This document shows, in pieces, positions 7,405 through 11,158 of a stretch of DNA of 11,158 nt. The notes under the pieces are model-generated. The model was not told the origin of the DNA, searched no databases, and saw nothing but the letters and a program-made list of their open reading frames with translations. Source of the stretch: Ostreococcus tauri (taxonomy: Eukaryota); assembly GCA_000214015.2 (NCBI GenBank), contig CAID01000006.2:601885-613042 (forward strand). Reading direction: 5' to 3'. The translations under genes and the position numbers were made by a program. Every line of letters begins with the position of its first letter. The stretch's first letter is position 1.

Positions 7405-8904
7405 ATGCGGGCGAAGCGGCGGAAAGAAACGCGGGACGATTCGGGCGAATCAGACGCGCCGTCGTGCGTCGTGCACGACGCCCGGAACGATTCGAATGAA
7501 GAAACCGTCGGCGGGGATTGGGTCGAGCTCATCGAACACGGCGACGGCGCGGGACTCCTCGAGTGGCTCGTCGCCCCAGCGGACGTGGAGTGCGTGCGGA
7601 GCGCGTCGACGGTGACGTGCGTCCGACGAGGCGGGGCGGAGAGGACGACGGAGCGTAGAAAATGGTTTTCCATGGCTGACGTGGAGGCTACGTTGGCGTC
7701 GAGAGACGCGCGATACGGGATCGACGCGGACGTGACGTCGTACGTGGACGGGGTGCGAAGGACGCATAATTCGAACGATGATACTCATGATGTGTGTGAT
7801 GAGGCGTCGAACGAGATCGTGGACGCGAAGGCGGTGATGCGCGCGTATCGCGAGCGCGGACGCTCGATTCGGTTGTTACATCCGCAAACGCGGCACGACG
7901 CGACGTGGAAGATGTTGGCCACGCTGGAGAGTCACTTCGAGTGCGCGTGCGGGTGTAATGTGTACGTGACACCGGCAAATGCACAAGGGTTCGCGCCGCA
8001 CTACGACGACATCGACGCGTACGTGCTTCAAATCGAGGGAGAGAAGCGCTGGCGCGTGTACGCGCCTTTTCAGAGCGACGAGCTCCCTCGAACGAGCTCT
8101 AAGAACTACACTCAGGAAGAGATCGCGGGACTGGAGGTGTTGTTCGACGGTGTTTTAGAGGCTGGAGATTTCTTATACATACCGCGAGGGTTTGTTCACC
8201 AGGCGGAGTGCTCGTCCAGGGCGCACAGCGTACACGCAACGATTTCAACAAATCAAGCAAACACGCACGCAGACGCGTTCGAGATCGCGACGCAGACCAT
8301 CGCGCGCTCGCTCATCGACGAGAGTAAATGGCTTCGACGGAACATATATAGACCGCACCAGGGCCCGCGGCGGTGCTTGGACATGCAGCAGATGGGTCAA
8401 GCGGTGCTCGCGCTGGGCTCGCGGGATTTGGACCCGTACCTGTTCCACGCGTACGAATCTCTCCGAGCCAGGTTTCAGGCGCAGCGTCTTCCGGTGCCCG
8501 AGACGCATCTAGAGCGCTCGCGCACGTCGTGCACCGGCGACCGGGCGGCGGAAAGTTTTCGAGGAGGCGAATTGACGAAGGTAGCGCTGCAGAGACGAGG
8601 ATGTTTGGTCCTCGTCGACGGCGCCGCGTATCATCCTTTTAGTAACTCTCGAGACGGGAGCCACGAGCGTATTTTTAGCGTCAGCGGAGACGAACGAGGA
8701 CGTGTGCCCGTCGACGACGACGTCATCGACATCTTAGACGAGTGTCTCTACGTTTTGCAAGAGCTCGACGGCGAGGCGACTGACGCCGCGGCGCTGGCGT
8801 CGACGCACGTCGCAAAACTGGAAAATGGTCACGCCGGCATCGTGGATAGATTGATACACGCGTTCGCGGAATTAATCAGAGTCGGCGCGCTCGCGGCGTG
8901 TTAG
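7405..8904 (+). CDS. RIOX1: JmjC/cupin ribosomal oxygenase of the NO66/MINA53 (RIOX) family, 499 aa
   Basis: Close motif-by-motif resemblance to NO66: LLEWLVAP; NVYVTPANAQGFAPHYDDIDAYVLQIEGEKRWRVY (HxD iron ligands at 7999-8007); GDFLYIPRGFVHQAEC; and HSVHATIST (distal His codon 8233-8235). These are followed by a dimerisation/winged-helix-like tail. The start is placed at MRAKRRKETRDD (ATG 7405). In-frame ATGs at 7174 and 6913 give only basic low-complexity extensions. Stop TAG at 8902-8904. Confidence 0.9.
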   Translation: MRAKRRKETRDDSGESDAPSCVVHDARNDSNEETVGGDWVELIEHGDGAGLLEWLVAPADVECVRSASTVTCVRRGGAERTTERRKWFSMADVEATLASRDARYGIDADVTSYVDGVRRTHNSNDDTHDVCDEASNEIVDAKAVMRAYRERGRSIRLLHPQTRHDATWKMLATLESHFECACGCNVYVTPANAQGFAPHYDDIDAYVLQIEGEKRWRVYAPFQSDELPRTSSKNYTQEEIAGLEVLFDGVLEAGDFLYIPRGFVHQAECSSRAHSVHATISTNQANTHADAFEIATQTIARSLIDESKWLRRNIYRPHQGPRRCLDMQQMGQAVLALGSRDLDPYLFHAYESLRARFQAQRLPVPETHLERSRTSCTGDRAAESFRGGELTKVALQRRGCLVLVDGAAYHPFSNSRDGSHERIFSVSGDERGRVPVDDDVIDILDECLYVLQELDGEATDAAALASTHVAKLENGHAGIVDRLIHAFAELIRVGALAAC

Positions 8905-8910
8905 TCAAAG

Positions 8911-8930
8911 CTTGCTACAGGAAATGCCTC
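8911..8930. repeat. Left arm of a perfect 20-bp inverted repeat (cttgctacaggaaatgcctc); partner at 9188-9207
   Basis: The reverse complement of 9188-9207 (gaggcatttcctgtagcaag) is identical to 8911-8930. On the plus strand the left arm reads CYRKCL followed by TKMI-stop, a displaced copy of the C-terminal codons of the 9167-10957 gene. Confidence 0.9.
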
Positions 8931-8977
8931 ACCAAAATGATTTAATTCTCGACGGGAACTTCATGGGCTACAAAAAG

Positions 8978-8999
8978 GAACGCCGGCAAAGTCTTCGTA
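8978..8999. repeat. Left copy of a 22-nt direct repeat (gaacgccggcaaagtcttcgta; 21/22 identical to 9533-9554), overlapping tRNA positions 1-9
   Basis: Direct string comparison: 18 nt are exact (8982-8999 = 9537-9554). The extension has one mismatch, c8981 versus t9536, which is synonymous (Ala) in the minus-strand reading TKTLPAF. Confidence 0.9.
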
Positions 9000-9063
9000 G
9001 TGTAGATGGTTATCACGCTAGGCTTTCACCCTAGAGACTCGGGTTCGAATCCCGGCGAGGAAA
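8991..9063 (+). tRNA. tRNA-Glu: Nuclear-type tRNA-Glu, anticodon UUC (73 nt, no encoded CCA)
   Basis: Hand-folded cloverleaf. Acceptor 8991-8997 / 9056-9062: 5 Watson-Crick pairs, 1 G:U, and a G1:A72 mismatch. D arm GTGT/TCAC with loop AGATGGTTA. Anticodon stem CTAGG/CCTAG with loop CTTTCAC (anticodon 9025-9027). 4-nt variable loop AGAC. T arm TCGGG-TTCGAAT-CCCGG. Discriminator A9063. A-box-like TAGTGTAGATGG and B-box GGTTCGAATCC are present, and a T6 terminator lies 8 nt downstream. Confidence 0.85.
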
Positions 9064-9070
9064 GACAAAC

Positions 9071-9076
9071 TTTTTT
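9071..9076 (+). terminator. RNA polymerase III terminator (T6 run) for tRNA-Glu
   Basis: The run tttttt starts 8 nt after the tRNA discriminator base. Runs of four or more T are the canonical Pol III termination signal. Confidence 0.75.
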
Positions 9077-9166
9077 GACCTTGCGAAGGCTTTTAATTTT
9101 TAATCAAAGAGCTTGCATTGAATTCAGTTCTTCACCGATTACCCGTTACAAAAGTTATTACTCGTA

Positions 9167-10957
9167 TCACATTTCGCGGGTGGACGCGAGGCATTTCCTG
9201 TAGCAAGTGTCGCACACGCGCCCGTCACCATCTCTTTGGGGATGACTCGCCTTCCCTCGAGAAACCGCACGCGAGCATAGCACGCACGTGAACGGTGGTT
9301 GTTTTGCGAGTAAAGTGATTTTGTAGCATCTTGCGCACACGCGTCCATCGCCGTCTCCGCGGTAACTTCGTTTCCCTTGCATCTCTCTGTCGCACTCAAG
9401 GCACTGAAACTGCGGCTTCTTTGCATACAAAGCTTTGTTGTAGCAAGTGTCGCACACGCGTCCATGGCCGTCTCCGTGGGAGTGACTTCGCGACTTTCCT
9501 TGCGGAAAATCTCTGTCGCACCGTCCGCACGTGAATGCCGGCAAAGTCTTCGTACATCGCGTCTTCTTTCCGAATGTCTCTCTGATCTCGTTCCACGTAT
9601 CCTCGCGGGTGACCTCCCTGGTATGGCACACACCGGGCTGAGAAAAGTTCATTCCGACGACGCCGTCCGCGGTGTGCTCGTGCAAGGTCCCGTAGTGCGC
9701 GGTGAATACCGCTTCGACGAAGAATCCGGCGCTCGCAATCGCGCGCGCGACTTCCAAAATCGACGGCGTCGACGCGCACGTTTTCACGTACGTCTTCGCC
9801 AACTCGACCGCGCTCGCTTCATCCTGTCCGTGAATGACCCACAAACTGCATTGAAAATCAGCATCAGCATGGTCGTCGTCGCCCTTTTGGGCTCGTCGAA
9901 CGAGTGCGTGTCCTCGCTGCATGTCGTGCGCGCGCCCGTCGCCGAGCAGCGCCGTCAAGTGCTCGTTGATTCGTCGCTCTACATCGACACTTTCCCCGAC
10001 GTACGCGAACACGAGTCCGTCGTCGGTGCGAATTCTGTAGTGATAGCACCCGCGTACGTTCAGATATCGCGCCATCGATCCCGTGGCCGTCTCGACCTTT
10101 TCCAAAGCCTGACTCAACTCGAATTCGCTCGCGTCCAGCGCCATCGCCGCGGCGCGAACCGCGTTAAGATTTTGACACGCATACTTTGACTCCGCCGCGT
10201 TGAGCGGGGAGGACCACTGTGCGTTTGTTGAACTGGTGGTACGTCGAAATGCACGTTGGTGACACGCTTCATCATCATCTATGTCGACCTTCGGCAGCCC
10301 CGTCGCCGCGAACAATGGCGCTTCGCTCACGAGCCAACGCGCGAACCTGTCCCGCGCGCACGCGCTCGGTGAGACGCGCGAGTAAATGTCTGAGATGATG
10401 CTCTCGAAATCCACGCCGCGCACCGTCTCATTGTTCATGGTCTTGGCGCACAATTCGGCATTAAACACCTCCAAGCTGACGACCGGTGCTCCTCCGAGTC
10501 CGTCCCCGGCGGCGCGTGTGACGTATTTCAACGCGAGCGTCGTCGCCGCCGCGACACCACCAGCGGTATCTTTGGGCGCGTCGTTCTCCACCGGCGCATC
10601 CAATCCGACTCCGCTCGCCGCCTTCGGCGCCGCCTCGTCTCGCCTCGCGGCGTTCGTGACGTCGCCGAGAGCGACGCGTGTCGCCTCCGCCGCGAACGCG
10701 ACGCGCGCGTTCGCCGCATCCGACTCGGCGTCCGCCTCGGCTTTGGCTTTAGCTTTGGCATCCGCGCCACCGCGACCCCCGACTGGCCAACCAACACGTG
10801 CGTTAGCAGCAGATGACGCTTCCACGAATGCCTCACGGTTTCGCTTCCTCCACCCCGCGAATGCGTAGCCGTATCGAACGCGGTATCCCCGCGGCATTGC
10901 TCCCGTCCTGCGCGTCCACGGCGGACAGTTAGTTATTAATCCGCCATCGGCGCGCAT
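9167..10957 (-). CDS. GIY-YIG superfamily nuclease-like protein with three C-terminal tandem Cys4 zinc modules (596 aa)
   Basis: Uninterrupted 596-codon ORF. GIY-YIG core motifs appear in order: RGCYHYRIRTDDGLVFAYVGESVDVERRINEHL (about 9961-10054); a conserved acidic residue in GFFVEAVF (E codon 9713-9715); and Asn in VGMNFSQPG (9647-9649). The C-terminus has 3 repeats of F.C..C-x(16-19)-GDG.GRVC..CY...L.AK.P. The N-terminal ~330 aa is unrecognised and includes an AKAKAKAEADAESDA low-complexity patch. The alternative start MPRGYRV (ATG 10897) cannot be excluded. Confidence 0.85.
   Translation of the reverse strand: MRADGGLITNCPPWTRRTGAMPRGYRVRYGYAFAGWRKRNREAFVEASSAANARVGWPVGGRGGADAKAKAKAEADAESDAANARVAFAAEATRVALGDVTNAARRDEAAPKAASGVGLDAPVENDAPKDTAGGVAAATTLALKYVTRAAGDGLGGAPVVSLEVFNAELCAKTMNNETVRGVDFESIISDIYSRVSPSACARDRFARWLVSEAPLFAATGLPKVDIDDDEACHQRAFRRTTSSTNAQWSSPLNAAESKYACQNLNAVRAAAMALDASEFELSQALEKVETATGSMARYLNVRGCYHYRIRTDDGLVFAYVGESVDVERRINEHLTALLGDGRAHDMQRGHALVRRAQKGDDDHADADFQCSLWVIHGQDEASAVELAKTYVKTCASTPSILEVARAIASAGFFVEAVFTAHYGTLHEHTADGVVGMNFSQPGVCHTREVTREDTWNEIRETFGKKTRCTKTLPAFTCGRCDRDFPQGKSRSHSHGDGHGRVCDTCYNKALYAKKPQFQCLECDREMQGKRSYRGDGDGRVCARCYKITLLAKQPPFTCVLCSRAVSRGKASHPQRDGDGRVCDTCYRKCLASTREM
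9170..9535 (-). repeat. In-frame tandem coding repeat: three zinc-module units with period 117-123 nt
   Basis: The anchor tgtagca...gcgcacacgcg recurs at 9199, 9322 and 9439. Units 1 and 3 share an exact 22-mer, tgtagcaagtgtcgcacacgcg (9199-9220 and 9439-9460), which encodes RVCDTCY. The protein units are FTCGRCDRDF...GRVCDTCYNKALYAKKPQ, FQCLECDREM...GRVCARCYKITLLAKQPP and FTCVLCSRAV...GRVCDTCYRKCLASTREM. Confidence 0.9.
9188..9207. repeat. Right arm of the 20-bp perfect inverted repeat (partner 8911-8930); lies inside the last zinc module (codons CYRKCL)
   Basis: Exact reverse-complement identity with 8911-8930. Confidence 0.9.
9533..9554. repeat. Right copy of the 22-nt direct repeat (gaatgccggcaaagtcttcgta); native coding sequence TKTLPAF at the entry to zinc module 1
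   Basis: 21/22 identity with 8978-8999. It is in frame within the 9167-10957 ORF. Confidence 0.9.
9630..10054 (-). other. GIY-YIG catalytic domain segment of the 9167-10957 ORF (approximate bounds)
   Basis: The segment runs from GCYHYRI (10037-10054) through AYVGES, ERRINEH and FFVEAVF to GMNFSQPG (about 9632-9655). Order and spacing fit the GIY / YIG / Arg / His / Glu / Asn pattern of the superfamily. Confidence 0.7.
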
Positions 10958-11070
10958 CGAACGAACGCGTCACCGTCGTCGACGCCGTCGCCCGCGCGCG
11001 CGCACCGCGACGTGAAACAAATCGACGCATCCTTGCGCGCGCGCCCGTCGTCATCGCGCGCTCGCGCGCT

Positions 11071-11101
11071 CCCCGGCGGCGCGATGCACGCGCCGCCGGG
11101 G
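11071..11101. other. Perfect 13-bp-stem hairpin/palindrome with a 5-nt loop, upstream of the nuclease-like gene
   Basis: ccccggcggcgcg (11071-11083), loop atgca, then cgcgccgccgggg (11089-11101); the arms are exact reverse complements. Confidence 0.8.
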
Positions 11102-11158
11102 AACAGCGCGCGCGCGATGCGATCTCGACCGATCGCCCCCTCTCCGCGCCGGGACTCG

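Noticed and set aside
6804-7673. ORFs 6804-7499(+), 6826-7167(-), 6947-7183(-), 7206-7673(-), and the 6913-7404 extension of the oxygenase ORF
   Set aside because: Their translations are dominated by Arg runs and low complexity, and NO66-type similarity starts only near LLEWLVAP. The extension is kept only as an alternative-start caveat.
8901-9117. Possible imperfect direct repeat ttagtcaaag-cttgc (8901-8915) versus ttaatcaaagagcttgc (9100-9116), as a target-site duplication around the tRNA
   Set aside because: It has one mismatch and a 2-nt gap over about 15 nt in AT-rich spacer. That is too weak to separate from chance without comparative data.
8911-9207. A 297-bp MITE-like element bounded by the 20-bp terminal inverted repeats and carrying the tRNA
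   Set aside because: There is no target-site duplication next to the arms (aaag / tgtc). The right arm is native, conserved coding sequence of the zinc module, so the left arm is more simply a displaced gene fragment than a transposon end.
9170-9555. Periodic ~120-nt repeats as a possible CRISPR array or satellite
   Set aside because: The repeats are in frame within a long ORF, the period is a multiple of 3 (117/123), the units are diverged except at the Cys-knuckle codons, and the context is eukaryotic. This is a coding domain repeat.
9377-10868. Plus-strand ORFs 9377-10189 and 10386-10868 opposite the GIY-YIG gene
   Set aside because: They have no recognisable motifs and lie entirely antisense to an ORF with clear nuclease and zinc-module signatures.
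10837-10900. N-terminal GYRVRYGYAFAGWRKRN stretch as an AP2/integrase-like DNA-binding strand motif
   Set aside because: The resemblance to the YRGVR...W pattern is vague, and I cannot support it without a profile search.

Overview
The window is dense, intron-poor, CpG-rich eukaryotic nuclear DNA. The composition, very short spacers and gene set suggest a prasinophyte picoalga (Ostreococcus/Micromonas-like), but that assignment is an inference. No prokaryotic operon, CRISPR array or defence island is present. Positions 1-8904 hold ordinary housekeeping genes: the 3' end of lipoyl synthase; a convergent unknown protein with an MGxCxS acylation motif; a dual-specificity phosphatase (HCX5R); a 922-aa Glu/Arg/Ala-rich coiled-coil protein; tubulin-folding cofactor C; a weak orphan ORF; and a NO66/MINA-type JmjC ribosomal oxygenase. 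The unusual part is 8905-11158. A nuclear tRNA-Glu(UUC) with a Pol III T6 terminator lies next to a 596-aa minus-strand ORF. That ORF combines a GIY-YIG nuclease core (YHYRI...AYVGES..ERRINEH...E...N) with three tandem ~40-aa Cys4 zinc modules (F.C..C...GDG.GRVC..CY). Short exact copies of that gene's zinc-module coding sequence also flank the tRNA. One is a perfect 20-bp inverted repeat (8911-8930 / 9188-9207). The other is a 21/22 direct repeat (8978-8999 / 9533-9554) that overlaps tRNA positions 1-9 and coincides with a G1:A72 acceptor mismatch. I read this as a homing-endonuclease-like, possibly virus-derived or formerly mobile, nuclease gene that has rearranged with a tRNA locus. All protein calls come from reading the translations by eye; no searches were run.
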